From a virus (taxonomy: Duplodnaviria; Caudoviricetes), in IMG/VR virus record IMGVR_UViG_3300035703_002708: a DNA stretch of 64,000 bases. One strand, given 5' to 3'. The translations under genes and the position numbers were made by a program. Of the stretch, positions 34,235-44,081 are shown piece by piece. Under the pieces are notes generated by a model. It did not search any database, was not told the DNA's origin, and was given only the letters and a program-made list of their open reading frames with translations. Numbering within the stretch: position 1 is the first letter of the stretch; every line of letters starts with the position of its first letter.

Positions 34235-35401
34235 ATGAAAAATCAAATTACAGACACTGAGAGAAATACAATTTTAGAAATGCACATATCCAAAGGTTAT
34301 AAAACTTTAAATGTGGATGAAATTGTTAAGACATCTTTAATGGAACAATATACAGAATCTAATATAACCGCAGTACAGAATGCTCTGATAAAGGCCGGTG
34401 AAAATGTCGGACCTACAGGTGCTGACGGTGATTATGGTACAAATACAAAAAACGCAGTTAAAAGTTTCCAAAGAAAAAACGGATTAGAGGATGATGGCGT
34501 CGTAGGTCCCTGTACTGCTAAAGCATTAGGGGTAAAATCCTTACAAGGTGGTAATGTTTGCACCGATAGTAGTGTTAAACAAAAAGTTGTACCTGACTCT
34601 AGTAAAAATAAAACCAAAATAACACCTGATTCTTCTAAGTTGAAAACTGGTCAGGGTTTGACTGATAGAAAAAAATATGATTGTATTGCGATAACCAAAG
34701 ACCAATGTAGTAGTTTGACAAAACGAGGTGGAAATATTGGAACAGGAGGTAAAGACGAGGGTTGTGCTAAATATATGAGAGTTTGTTTACAACAATTGGA
34801 CGGTAAACTTGTTGGTGGTGATGCATGGAAGCTACTTCCAATACTTAAAGGACAGGGAGGAACAGAACTTTATAATATGTTCACTCAAGATATAGATTTT
34901 AATAAATTATCCAATCAATTTAAAGGTAAAAACGTAACAAACCTTTGTGCTATACATACAAAGGGTGGTGAAGGTCATGACAAAGAGGATTCTACATTTA
35001 AAACAATTGTTAAAAACAATTATCCGAATAAAACAAACATGTCAATAAGTAATTTGAAGTTGGGTGATATTGTAGGTTTATATTGGAGGGACTCAGGTAA
35101 CTTTGGAAAGGCTTTTTGTTCAAGAGGATTGAAAGATGGTAAGATAAAAAATGAACCATTTTCATTTAACACACACGTAGGTTTCGTAGGAGCGATAAAG
35201 GACGGAATGCCGCTTATTTTCCACAGTGTTCACTCGAAAAGATTAGCAACACCTGCAAGTGATTTGATGAATAAAAATCAACAGGGTATGATAACTTGGG
35301 TTGTTAGAGACCCTGAGATATATGCATCGGCTAATAGTAGTAAAAATAAACCTGAGGAAGAAAATTCTTGGTGGTCAGACCTTTTCAACAAACAAATTTA
35401 A
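34235..35401 (+). CDS. Peptidoglycan-binding domain + putative papain-like (CHAP/NlpC-type) amidase
   Basis: VQNAL..AG...GADGDYG..T..AVKSFQ...L..DGVVG; GCAKY...GDAW...LGDIVGL...THVGFV (Cys/His). Confidence 0.7.
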   Translation: MKNQITDTERNTILEMHISKGYKTLNVDEIVKTSLMEQYTESNITAVQNALIKAGENVGPTGADGDYGTNTKNAVKSFQRKNGLEDDGVVGPCTAKALGVKSLQGGNVCTDSSVKQKVVPDSSKNKTKITPDSSKLKTGQGLTDRKKYDCIAITKDQCSSLTKRGGNIGTGGKDEGCAKYMRVCLQQLDGKLVGGDAWKLLPILKGQGGTELYNMFTQDIDFNKLSNQFKGKNVTNLCAIHTKGGEGHDKEDSTFKTIVKNNYPNKTNMSISNLKLGDIVGLYWRDSGNFGKAFCSRGLKDGKIKNEPFSFNTHVGFVGAIKDGMPLIFHSVHSKRLATPASDLMNKNQQGMITWVVRDPEIYASANSSKNKPEEENSWWSDLFNKQI

Positions 35402-35817
35402 ATTTTCTTAAGTATATCAGTTAAAGAACAATTGATTTGTGAGTGGATTACAGTTTCGTAAGATTTCCTGCGCTTCTCAATCTCATTATTAAATAGATAA
35501 TTAACTCTTTCCCAAGTCCTTGGTTCCATCAAAATAGAATAATGGTATACGTGATTTGTCACGAATGCTTGTTGATGTTGTAATGTCAAAACAATACCCA
35601 ATCTATCGTTTATAATAATTTTCTTTTCTGATACGGGGGCATATATCAATTCCGTATCACTTTGCTTTAAAAGTTTTCTTGCGATATGAAAGCAGGTTTG
35701 TTGATACCTACTCATTGCCGCATCAATTTTCTCGTCAAGGGGTCTCCTGTGTATCCAAAGGTAATATTTAAGAAATACTCGTTTGATTTTTCTTTTAACA
35801 AATTGATAGAGTGTCAT
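35398..35817 (-). CDS. Hypothetical protein
   Basis: 139-aa ORF with an upstream TATATTTG motif on the minus strand. Confidence 0.7.
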   Translation of the reverse strand: MTLYQFVKRKIKRVFLKYYLWIHRRPLDEKIDAAMSRYQQTCFHIARKLLKQSDTELIYAPVSEKKIIINDRLGIVLTLQHQQAFVTNHVYHYSILMEPRTWERVNYLFNNEIEKRRKSYETVIHSQINCSLTDILKKI

Positions 35818-35859
35818 ACTGAAGTTTTGTGGTTACAAATATATAAAACTTTTGCGACA

Positions 35860-36348
35860 TTAACAGTACGGGGGTGAACATTTTTTCTTACCGCTAGCAT
35901 CCGGCATTTTACCTTTACAAACTTGTACTCCGTAACCGTTCGAATAAGCAGAGGGGTAAACCTTAAATTTTGCCTTAGCCGCTGCCTTACCCCTTGCACA
36001 CAATTTAGTACCTGTTTTTTTTCTACCTTCTTCCATCATACCTGTAAACGACGCATCTTCTATATCTTGCCTACCATCACCTTTAATATGATTCATCATA
36101 AAATCGAACACTTGGTCCATGTTGTTTTTGGCTTCTGCGATATGGTCTTGAGCCCAATCGTGACCATCATCTAATATTTGAGTTACCATATCTTGGTCTA
36201 ACTCTAATAACATATCACATTGTCTTCTCATTTGTTCTAAATTTGAAAAGAACATATATCTATCTGAATAATCTTCGTGTGATTCTTCTAATACTCTTTT
36301 TACTAATTTTGTAATATCTGATTCTGATAATCTAATAACTTTTTTCAT
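35860..36348 (-). CDS. Hypothetical late protein
   Basis: MKKVIRLSESDITKLVKRVLEE leader, basic Cys-rich C-terminus, and TATTTAT at 36364-36370 (-). Confidence 0.75.
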   Translation of the reverse strand: MKKVIRLSESDITKLVKRVLEESHEDYSDRYMFFSNLEQMRRQCDMLLELDQDMVTQILDDGHDWAQDHIAEAKNNMDQVFDFMMNHIKGDGRQDIEDASFTGMMEEGRKKTGTKLCARGKAAAKAKFKVYPSAYSNGYGVQVCKGKMPDASGKKKCSPPYC

Positions 36349-36382
36349 AAAATATTTTTCTAAATAAATACTTTATAAAATA

Positions 36383-36414
36383 AAAAACCCCTCTTTTGGA
36401 GGGGTTCTTTTTAA
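36383..36414. terminator. Intrinsic terminator
   Basis: AAAAAACCCCTC-TTTT-GGAGGGGTT hairpin. Confidence 0.7.
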
Positions 36415-36420
36415 GTTTTT

Positions 36421-37698
36421 TTAGTTCTTGAATAACTTGTGAGTTGTTTTACTTTGATTACTTAAAACCTCTACATAATAAACACCTTTAGGTAATTCAG
36501 AAACGTCTATTTGGTTTGTAACACCATTATATTGTTTGACTAACATACCTACGTAATTATAGATGATAACATCTTTAATTTCGTTGTTATTGATGATTAT
36601 TTTATCGTCAAATGGGTTTGGTGATAATGTGACATCACTTTCTTCATTCATCGTCACTATGTCGTCGAAATCAACTCTTTGTTGAGGTCCACAGTTTTGA
36701 AATGAGAATACTCCATCAACATCATATCCATCTGCGGTTGGACCAAATGCCGAACTACGAGACCTATCAGTAATTCTGATGTATTGGAAACAATTGACAT
36801 CACCTAATTCAATCATCGCATCCAAACAATAAACACCCAAAGTTGTCCACATAAAACCATCCATAGAAACTTCTATAAGTGCTTGTTCAGGATATTGAGG
36901 ACACTGCGGATTACCATAAGTCGTTTCAGTGATTTTAAAATCGAAACCATCGATATTAAATACTGTGTAATCAAATTTCAGAGTGATTTGACCTCCGAAT
37001 CCTAATGAAACGAAATTAACATTTTCTGTTCCTTGTGGTAAACCAAGAGCGTTTGATGGATTACTTCTTGATGAAATAACAGGAGTTCCATTTTTTCTGA
37101 GCCCTTGTGTGAAGTTTATTACGTGTTGTGCAGAACCTACACCTAATGTTGATGGAGACATTTCAGTTTCCAAAACATAACCCTCAATACCATCAACATC
37201 GTATCCGTCACATACACCAAATGGGTCAAAATTACCATAAGGGGAAACATCAACTAATTTGAAATACTGAGCCCAATTTAATTCACCTAAATCAAACTCT
37301 GAATCTTGACATCCAGTACCACAAAAATACCAATTACAGTTATCCTGTGATGCAAATAACATAATTCTTTCAGGATACCTTCTACAAGGCGGTGTTCCAA
37401 ATGTTGTTTCGTGAACTTTCAAATCCATTCCCTCAACATTTTTAACTGCAGATTCCATCATCACAACCATTTCACCTTTGAAGCCTAACGACACGTAATT
37501 AGCATTAGTGTCAGGAGTGAATAAATCTGATGATTGCGCCATTCCAATACAATTAGAACTATTGGAGCGTAATGGACTAACACTTTCTCCGTTGTTGTTT
37601 AGTCCTTGGTCAAATGACAATACCTGTCCCACCCATATCGACTGAGACAAAGATACCTGGCATAGCAATGCCATGATTAAAGTTAGTAGTGTTTTCAT
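36421..37698 (-). CDS. Secreted protein with two tandem repeat domains and a T9SS (Por) C-terminal sorting domain
   Basis: Sec signal MKTLLTLIMALLCQVSLS|Q; two ~150-aa repeats (VSLGFxG...ETTxG...YPE...DGYDVDG); C-terminus LSPNPFDD...IYNYVG.LV...IDVSELPKGVYYVEV......HKLFKN. Confidence 0.85.
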   Translation of the reverse strand: MKTLLTLIMALLCQVSLSQSIWVGQVLSFDQGLNNNGESVSPLRSNSSNCIGMAQSSDLFTPDTNANYVSLGFKGEMVVMMESAVKNVEGMDLKVHETTFGTPPCRRYPERIMLFASQDNCNWYFCGTGCQDSEFDLGELNWAQYFKLVDVSPYGNFDPFGVCDGYDVDGIEGYVLETEMSPSTLGVGSAQHVINFTQGLRKNGTPVISSRSNPSNALGLPQGTENVNFVSLGFGGQITLKFDYTVFNIDGFDFKITETTYGNPQCPQYPEQALIEVSMDGFMWTTLGVYCLDAMIELGDVNCFQYIRITDRSRSSAFGPTADGYDVDGVFSFQNCGPQQRVDFDDIVTMNEESDVTLSPNPFDDKIIINNNEIKDVIIYNYVGMLVKQYNGVTNQIDVSELPKGVYYVEVLSNQSKTTHKLFKN

Positions 37699-37762
37699 AA
37701 GTATTATTTTACTAATAAATATTAGAAAAACAACTCCTAAATATCAAATGTAAGATATTATA

Positions 37763-39256
37763 TTATTTTTTATCAACTATTTGAAACTTGATTTGTCTCT
37801 TGTAAGTACTCATCTCGCCGTTGATAATTAGTCTTAAATCTACAAAATATTCGTTAGGTATTTTATCCCTTGTATCAAATATAAAATAGTATTCATTTGG
37901 TGTTTTGTTGACTTGAGTCCAGTCTTGAACTTGTACTTCTGTTTGACCCTCCTTAACATAAACCCTATAGTACGCTTTGATTTTATTAAGAGGTTGATTA
38001 GATGTATATTCTTTTTTGATGATAACACCAACTTTTCTGACATCGGTATTCAATATCTTTTCATCCTGTCTGATACCATAATAATCAAATCCATAAACTG
38101 AAGGTTCACTTGATAACGTACCAATAGAAAGTGCGGATGAATAAGGTCGTACTATCAACTCATTTTCTACATCAGGTAATTCAACACCGTTTAAAGATAT
38201 ATTACTCCACACATCAGTAAATGTACAAGGTGTTTTATAACCTAAAAGTGCTGGTATTGTAACTTCATAAACTCCTTGAGTTTTTCTACATGTAGTAAGT
38301 GCGGTCAAACCTTCTATGGGTTCACCCGTACTATCATATATTGATACTGTTGGATTGGAGTCTAAATTTATTGGACTTCCATCTTCATACAAATACAAAT
38401 ATAACTTATTTGCTCTTCCCAACGAAAATAAATCTCTGTCATCTTGAATTAGGTCGTCATAATTTGTTTGTAAATATGGTTCGTAAAAAGTTTGTGTATG
38501 ACGAGTGAAAAATCCTACAGAATAATAAGATGTTAATCCAGTTAATAATTCTATACTTGGTTTGAACGCTATACCCCAACCAGTAACTCCTGTTATTGTA
38601 CCATTTAATATTCCATTTATTTCATTTGTCATATCAAATGAAATGTTTTCATTACCGAATTCAAAATGTTGTTCTGCAATAATTGTAAGAGCCGAGTAAT
38701 TTAAACCTGTAATTCCTGTCAAAGAATTTTCATTATTATATATACCAGGCGTAGTCCAATCTTCAGTTATCATTCTTTTGAACCAATTTGACGGTTCAGT
38801 AGAATAATTTTCTCTGCCGAATATTGATTCGGTATCATTTATCTGAATACCCAAATCATAGACAGATGCTAACCCCTCATCCCATGTTTGTGAGGTTCCT
38901 GTATCTCCCGATGTCAAAGGTATTCTAAATAAAATCAAATCAAAACCACTACCTCTTGTTATGTCACCACCAAATCTCGTCGACTTCAACAAATCAGGAG
39001 ATGAAAAAACAGTATTTGTCATTATAAGAGTGTGAGTCATAGAAGATGTACATCCCGTTTGAATTATTCCATTAGAAATCTTCTGTTGTAATAATGATAA
39101 ATCAATATCGAATATGAAACGTGAATATACAGGTGTTGGATTTTCAGGATTGATGTTACCAAAATATAATTGTGTCACAGGAGCCTTTCCCGTATTTGTA
39201 TAGACATTAGATAATATCGTATTATTTCTACTGAAATATGAATTATTTATAGACAT
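37763..39256 (-). CDS. Putative virion structural protein (497 aa)
   Basis: Late motif TATTTATA at 39270-39277 (-); Thr/Gly-rich, beta-strand-like composition. Confidence 0.65.
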   Translation of the reverse strand: MSINNSYFSRNNTILSNVYTNTGKAPVTQLYFGNINPENPTPVYSRFIFDIDLSLLQQKISNGIIQTGCTSSMTHTLIMTNTVFSSPDLLKSTRFGGDITRGSGFDLILFRIPLTSGDTGTSQTWDEGLASVYDLGIQINDTESIFGRENYSTEPSNWFKRMITEDWTTPGIYNNENSLTGITGLNYSALTIIAEQHFEFGNENISFDMTNEINGILNGTITGVTGWGIAFKPSIELLTGLTSYYSVGFFTRHTQTFYEPYLQTNYDDLIQDDRDLFSLGRANKLYLYLYEDGSPINLDSNPTVSIYDSTGEPIEGLTALTTCRKTQGVYEVTIPALLGYKTPCTFTDVWSNISLNGVELPDVENELIVRPYSSALSIGTLSSEPSVYGFDYYGIRQDEKILNTDVRKVGVIIKKEYTSNQPLNKIKAYYRVYVKEGQTEVQVQDWTQVNKTPNEYYFIFDTRDKIPNEYFVDLRLIINGEMSTYKRQIKFQIVDKK

Positions 39257-39291
39257 TTTAAGGTTTTTCTATAAATATCAATAAACTTAAA

Positions 39292-40860
39292 TTAGTTTAT
39301 TCTAATCTTGGTATTCAATATTGTATTTGGAGCGTCTGCCATCTTTTGTAGAATTTGTGCTGAAGTTGTTCCATCGACAGCGACAGGTATTGCAGGAATA
39401 CCACTATCATGACAATGTGAAGTTAAAAACCTAACAATCAAACTTAATAAATCCATGAGTTTTTCACCCCTTACCATAGAATCTGTTGACGAATCTAACT
39501 CTAAAAATTTATTTTGGTCTAAACCATAAATCGTATTTTGTAGTGATGGTTTTTTTACACCGATTTGGGAATCATGGGAAAACAAGTATATTTTTTGAGC
39601 ACCGACAATACCGTATGAAATACCTTGTTGACCTGATGTTTTGGTATCGTATGTTTGTGATTTTACAATCAATGGTGTGTCAGTTGACCCTTTTGAAGTT
39701 ACGATACCAAATCCTTTTTTTGGACTACCTTTAGATAAACCAATATTAAGGTAAAATTTAGTAAGATTGTTTGTCTCTATTGGATTTTGGTTTGACACCA
39801 TCCTCTTATAGGTTGGTGGGGATGGTCTAAAAGCGAACGGAAATTGTTTTCCACGTTCAGGGACGAAAGGGACTTGAGTGTACCCCTCCACAAAAATTTC
39901 ACCGTTGTTAAGGCCATCAATAAACGAATTAAAAATATTTAGAACCTCTTCATATGACTTACCAAAAAAATTAATACTAATTGGTAATTGGGAACCTTTT
40001 AAATTTTCAACATCTGTGTCTACCTTAAAGTTTTTTGTGTTTAATTTTTCGTCCTTTTTTGTTTGTACATTATACAAATTTATGTATCCTGAAAATATAT
40101 CAACTTCATTTTCTGGGTTAGATATGTGCCATTCTATTAATAATATTAATTGTTTGAATTCGGTGTCGATAACGGTAGTTGTCTTTTGTGGTCCTTTTTC
40201 TTGATTTGTTGTAAAATCGGTCAATTGTAAAAAAGCTCTCTTTTCGTTTTCAGTAGGTAAACTATTAGTGGGACCAACTAAATTTTTAGATTTTCCTGCT
40301 CTTATTAGAGCTGTGTCATTTTTCAAAATAATGTCCGCGGACCCCCTACCTAACATAGCATTGTCTTCTGGTTCGGGGAAAATACCGTATGATTTGGATT
40401 GAATTCTACCTCCAACCTCTTTTAAATTTTTTGCCTGTTTTATATTGTCACCAAATGGTAAATGTACTTTTGATGCTGTATTATCTTCATATGCAAAGGC
40501 TAATGGTGTAGATGGAATTGCCGGTATATAGAAACGGTTTCTATCACTGTATTTTCTTGACTGAGATTTGGCGTTCTGAACAACAGGATAGATTATATGT
40601 ACCAATTCGTTTTCTTTTGGAGTTATATTTAAAGAGTAGGGTAGTAAAGGGATAATTGTAAAAGGGTCATCTTTGGTCCATTTACATTTTCTTTTAACTC
40701 CTGTAACTACATCGGTCTCATCTTTACAAGCTTGTGTTACTGTTGATTTGATATCCTCAACATTTTCAGAATCAGGTATGACTCGTAATCTACCGAGTCT
40801 TAATGGGTCATCAGAATCGACTACATACCCTTGGTATAAAATTTTATTAATTTCCTCCAT
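39292..40860 (-). CDS. Baseplate hub/spike protein (gp5/VgrG-like N-terminal OB fold)
   Basis: GYVVDSDDPLRLGRLRV N-terminus, MLGRGSADIIL, and a C-terminal VRGEKL...H.H motif. Confidence 0.6.
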   Translation of the reverse strand: MEEINKILYQGYVVDSDDPLRLGRLRVIPDSENVEDIKSTVTQACKDETDVVTGVKRKCKWTKDDPFTIIPLLPYSLNITPKENELVHIIYPVVQNAKSQSRKYSDRNRFYIPAIPSTPLAFAYEDNTASKVHLPFGDNIKQAKNLKEVGGRIQSKSYGIFPEPEDNAMLGRGSADIILKNDTALIRAGKSKNLVGPTNSLPTENEKRAFLQLTDFTTNQEKGPQKTTTVIDTEFKQLILLIEWHISNPENEVDIFSGYINLYNVQTKKDEKLNTKNFKVDTDVENLKGSQLPISINFFGKSYEEVLNIFNSFIDGLNNGEIFVEGYTQVPFVPERGKQFPFAFRPSPPTYKRMVSNQNPIETNNLTKFYLNIGLSKGSPKKGFGIVTSKGSTDTPLIVKSQTYDTKTSGQQGISYGIVGAQKIYLFSHDSQIGVKKPSLQNTIYGLDQNKFLELDSSTDSMVRGEKLMDLLSLIVRFLTSHCHDSGIPAIPVAVDGTTSAQILQKMADAPNTILNTKIRIN

Positions 40861-41053
40861 TTTGTCTCCTCTGATATTCTTTCAAAATTTTATTATAAGT
40901 TGTTTCTAAATTATCTAAATAATATGTGAGAGATATCAAATTTCGTTTTGTTTTTTCAAATTCTTCATTTATATGGTCCATAACTTTTATCAAATCTTTA
41001 TTAGGTCTAGACTCATATTCATCAATAATTTTTTTTAAAATATCTGTATCCAT
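40847..41053 (-). CDS. Small coiled-coil hypothetical protein
   Basis: 68-aa ORF coupled to its neighbours. Confidence 0.65.
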   Translation of the reverse strand: MDTDILKKIIDEYESRPNKDLIKVMDHINEEFEKTKRNLISLTYYLDNLETTYNKILKEYQRRQNGGN

Positions 41054-41055
41054 TT

Positions 41056-42960
41056 TTAAATAAATTTACCTGACCAAGAAATTGGTGATGTTGGGCCAAA
41101 TGGGTGAGCTAATGGAGGAATTACGAGTTCGGTTTTAGCATTTTCCCATAACTCCTTACCCTGACCTTTCATCAAACAATAATCCTTTATTAAACTTATA
41201 TTAGTTCTACCATCAGGTAAAGGACCTGTAGGGTAACCAATTGCCTGTAGTTCGTTTATGTAATTAATATAACCCCTCTCAACTGAATACCCATCTAAAG
41301 TTGGTGCAAGAAACAATAATGGAATAGGTACCTTTTGATTTGACAATCCTAAACTAGGAATTTTCAACAAAGACAGAAGTTGGTCTAATACCGATTTACA
41401 TTGCCTCCAATCTCTTACTAATTGTACAATTTTTATCAAAGAACCAACTAAGGTCAAAATCGCTGTGTATTTTTTTAAAATATCTTCTTTAACTAAATCT
41501 TTAGCAATACTCTTGAGAAGTTGTATTATTTCTTGCTTTAGCAATCTGAAAAGTTCTCTTACGAAGAGAGCACCAATTCTCGAAGCCAATCCAATAAAAA
41601 ACCTTCTGTATTTTTGAGTGAATTCCATCATAGAATTTACTTCCAAATTAGGGGTAAATTTCCCCATGGCTTTAAACATTATCAATATACCTAAAAAGAT
41701 TTTAGGAGAAATAATTGAGCTTATGAAGGATTGCGGGAAATTTGCAATAACAGAAAAATCAAAATTTAATGAGAAGTTCATACCAACCTGTAACCCCAAA
41801 CCATTTGGATTGGACAGAAAAGTATCCCTTGCTTTGTCTAAGGCGTTTCTGATTGCCTCATCGTCCTCTTCATCTATAAAATTCAATTCGTCTAGTGAAT
41901 CTACAATTTCAAATGAATTAACGGGAAATTTTATATTATCACAACCCTCTAATTCTACGGCACTACTTTGTATGTTAGCAATTTCTTGATAGATTTTCAT
42001 CAAATCTAAATCTGTAAATTCAAAAAAATCATCGTCTAAATTGTCTAGTTCTCCAATTTTTGAAGAACCGCTAACATCTATCTCCCCTTTATTGTCGAAA
42101 CACAAACCTAAAATTCTTGCCAAAATTCTTGAGAATTTAGAATTATCCTCTTTTTGATTTATACCAACATTAGATTGTAGACTTATTGCACCTGTAAGTG
42201 AGTTTATGATTTCTCCAATTACTTTTTTGAGTTCGACAATTGCCATTCTTTTGTAGTAATCTCTTATAAAATCAGCAACCTTATTTGGTGTTCCTATTCT
42301 GTCTTTTACTCTTACTTTAAAGAAGTTTCCAGGTGCTCCGTTTCCGTCTTGTTGCACAAAACTGATATCAAAAAGTTCTCTCCCTGATGCTCCTTTGAAT
42401 GTATATTCGACCCCTTCATTTTGTATCCTTTCGTAAAGTTGTCTGTTCATAGGATATTTTAACCCCGCATAATCTAAATCTTTGTTTTTTTCATACGAAA
42501 TTTTACCGACATTAGATTGGGGGTCGATTAATAATTGACCTCTGAAATCGGTAGTTGCAACTCTTATGTAAATCACTTGGTCACCTTCATAGGTCTGTTG
42601 TTGAGAACACCCCAAAAGTTTGATTATTTCTTCCTCAACAATTTGCTCAACCTCAGGTCTAAACTTTTTTATTATTTTAATCATGTAGTTTTTGAGGTTC
42701 TCGGCAGTATTAGGACCGTTTCCTTTGTTTGCTTTGATTAAATCTATAATTTGATTAAGTTGACTTTGTATTTCTTTTTGAGCTCTATTTTTTTGTTCTT
42801 CTAATTTGTTGAGAGGATTTGCGATTGCAAAATTGGCGGGGGAATCAGAATCACCGTTTTTTTCGGTTATATCACTGATACCGGTTTTTATGTCTTTGAA
42901 GGTTTTAAAACCTTTGATTTTACTTTTGGCACTTTTATAGCCTTCGTTCAAATCCGCCAT
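41056..42960 (-). CDS. Hypothetical protein (634 aa)
   Basis: Long ORF in the baseplate-associated operon. Confidence 0.8.
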   Translation of the reverse strand: MADLNEGYKSAKSKIKGFKTFKDIKTGISDITEKNGDSDSPANFAIANPLNKLEEQKNRAQKEIQSQLNQIIDLIKANKGNGPNTAENLKNYMIKIIKKFRPEVEQIVEEEIIKLLGCSQQQTYEGDQVIYIRVATTDFRGQLLIDPQSNVGKISYEKNKDLDYAGLKYPMNRQLYERIQNEGVEYTFKGASGRELFDISFVQQDGNGAPGNFFKVRVKDRIGTPNKVADFIRDYYKRMAIVELKKVIGEIINSLTGAISLQSNVGINQKEDNSKFSRILARILGLCFDNKGEIDVSGSSKIGELDNLDDDFFEFTDLDLMKIYQEIANIQSSAVELEGCDNIKFPVNSFEIVDSLDELNFIDEEDDEAIRNALDKARDTFLSNPNGLGLQVGMNFSLNFDFSVIANFPQSFISSIISPKIFLGILIMFKAMGKFTPNLEVNSMMEFTQKYRRFFIGLASRIGALFVRELFRLLKQEIIQLLKSIAKDLVKEDILKKYTAILTLVGSLIKIVQLVRDWRQCKSVLDQLLSLLKIPSLGLSNQKVPIPLLFLAPTLDGYSVERGYINYINELQAIGYPTGPLPDGRTNISLIKDYCLMKGQGKELWENAKTELVIPPLAHPFGPTSPISWSGKFI

Positions 42961-43322
42961 TATTTCAATTTAAAGGTTTTATTACTTTCTACGTCTTTTT
43001 TAATCAAATCGTCAATCAAATCATCATCCATGTCCGAGATAGAAAAACTTTCTTCGTTATTTTTACTTTTTTCCCAAATTGATGATTGTAGTTTAGAAAG
43101 TTGTAATTTTTTCTCGACACAATCATTGATGATTTTTTGTTGTTTTTCAATTACTGGTCCAATCAAAGTCATATCCTCCGGGTCCTTCATCATTGACAAC
43201 ATTTTATTTTGGATTCGTATTGCGGTACTTCTTTGTTCTACAAGTTCATTATAGATTTCTTGCATTAGAGATAACATCGATTCCTTAGTTAACTCTATTT
43301 TCTTTTTTTGTGGTCTAGACAT
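42960..43322 (-). CDS. Coiled-coil hypothetical protein
   Basis: 120-aa ORF; TATTTATA at 43326-43333 (-). Confidence 0.75.
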   Translation of the reverse strand: MSRPQKKKIELTKESMLSLMQEIYNELVEQRSTAIRIQNKMLSMMKDPEDMTLIGPVIEKQQKIINDCVEKKLQLSKLQSSIWEKSKNNEESFSISDMDDDLIDDLIKKDVESNKTFKLK

Positions 43323-43334
43323 ATTTATAAATAT

Positions 43335-44081
43335 TTACCGAACCATATTTTGAATCAGTTCGAAATATACCTTTTTGAACTTTTTCATACTAGCCCTTAT
43401 CTCTTTTGTTGACAAGTTGGTCATATCTCGTAAGGATAGTAATATAATATTTTTATTAAATTTGTTATTATCGGTACTTATGAAGATAGTATCATAGTTT
43501 ATAAAAACTTCATAAAGAGATTCTCCCAATTTCCTTTCGTTTTCAGATAAATCGTTGTCTTGTAGTATTTCTACTAAGTTTTCTAAAAATTTATCTATTA
43601 TTTGTTCACTAGATAAAGAGTCATCTTCCATATAGTAAATCAAATCTTCTCTGTCCGTATTTTCTAAATCGCTAGAAATATCTTCGTACGATATTTTCCT
43701 ATTCATGTCTTTTTGGTCTTTTATAATTTGACCCATTAAATAGTTTTTACATATGGTACCGAAATATGAATAAGCCTTCTTTTCTTTAGAAGGCTTAAAC
43801 TTTTCTATCTTAGTCATCAGAAATGAATGGGTATCAGCATGAATCTCCTCGAAATCCATGTCCTTTCTGTACAACTTATATCGTCTTATAATAGACGATA
43901 TCATTTTATCCAGCGGTTTTCTAAGATTTTGATTGTAGATTTTGTTTCTTTCCTCAAATGTGTTTGCGGATAAAAATAATCTTACAGCAAATTCTTCTTT
44001 TTCGTCGAAATAGTTGTCGGATTTTGGTTTTCTACCTTTCTTTTTTGAATCATCAATGGTTTGTCCACTTAATGTCATCAA
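43335..44081 (-). CDS. Sigma-factor-like protein (T4 gp55-type late sigma candidate)
   Basis: Region-2-like KFKPSKEKKAYSYFGTICKNYL resembles gp55/sigma70 FDPxK..(A/F)SYF..I..N; C-terminal helix-turn-helix-like segment. Confidence 0.55.
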   Translation of the reverse strand: MMTLSGQTIDDSKKKGRKPKSDNYFDEKEEFAVRLFLSANTFEERNKIYNQNLRKPLDKMISSIIRRYKLYRKDMDFEEIHADTHSFLMTKIEKFKPSKEKKAYSYFGTICKNYLMGQIIKDQKDMNRKISYEDISSDLENTDREDLIYYMEDDSLSSEQIIDKFLENLVEILQDNDLSENERKLGESLYEVFINYDTIFISTDNNKFNKNIILLSLRDMTNLSTKEIRASMKKFKKVYFELIQNMVR

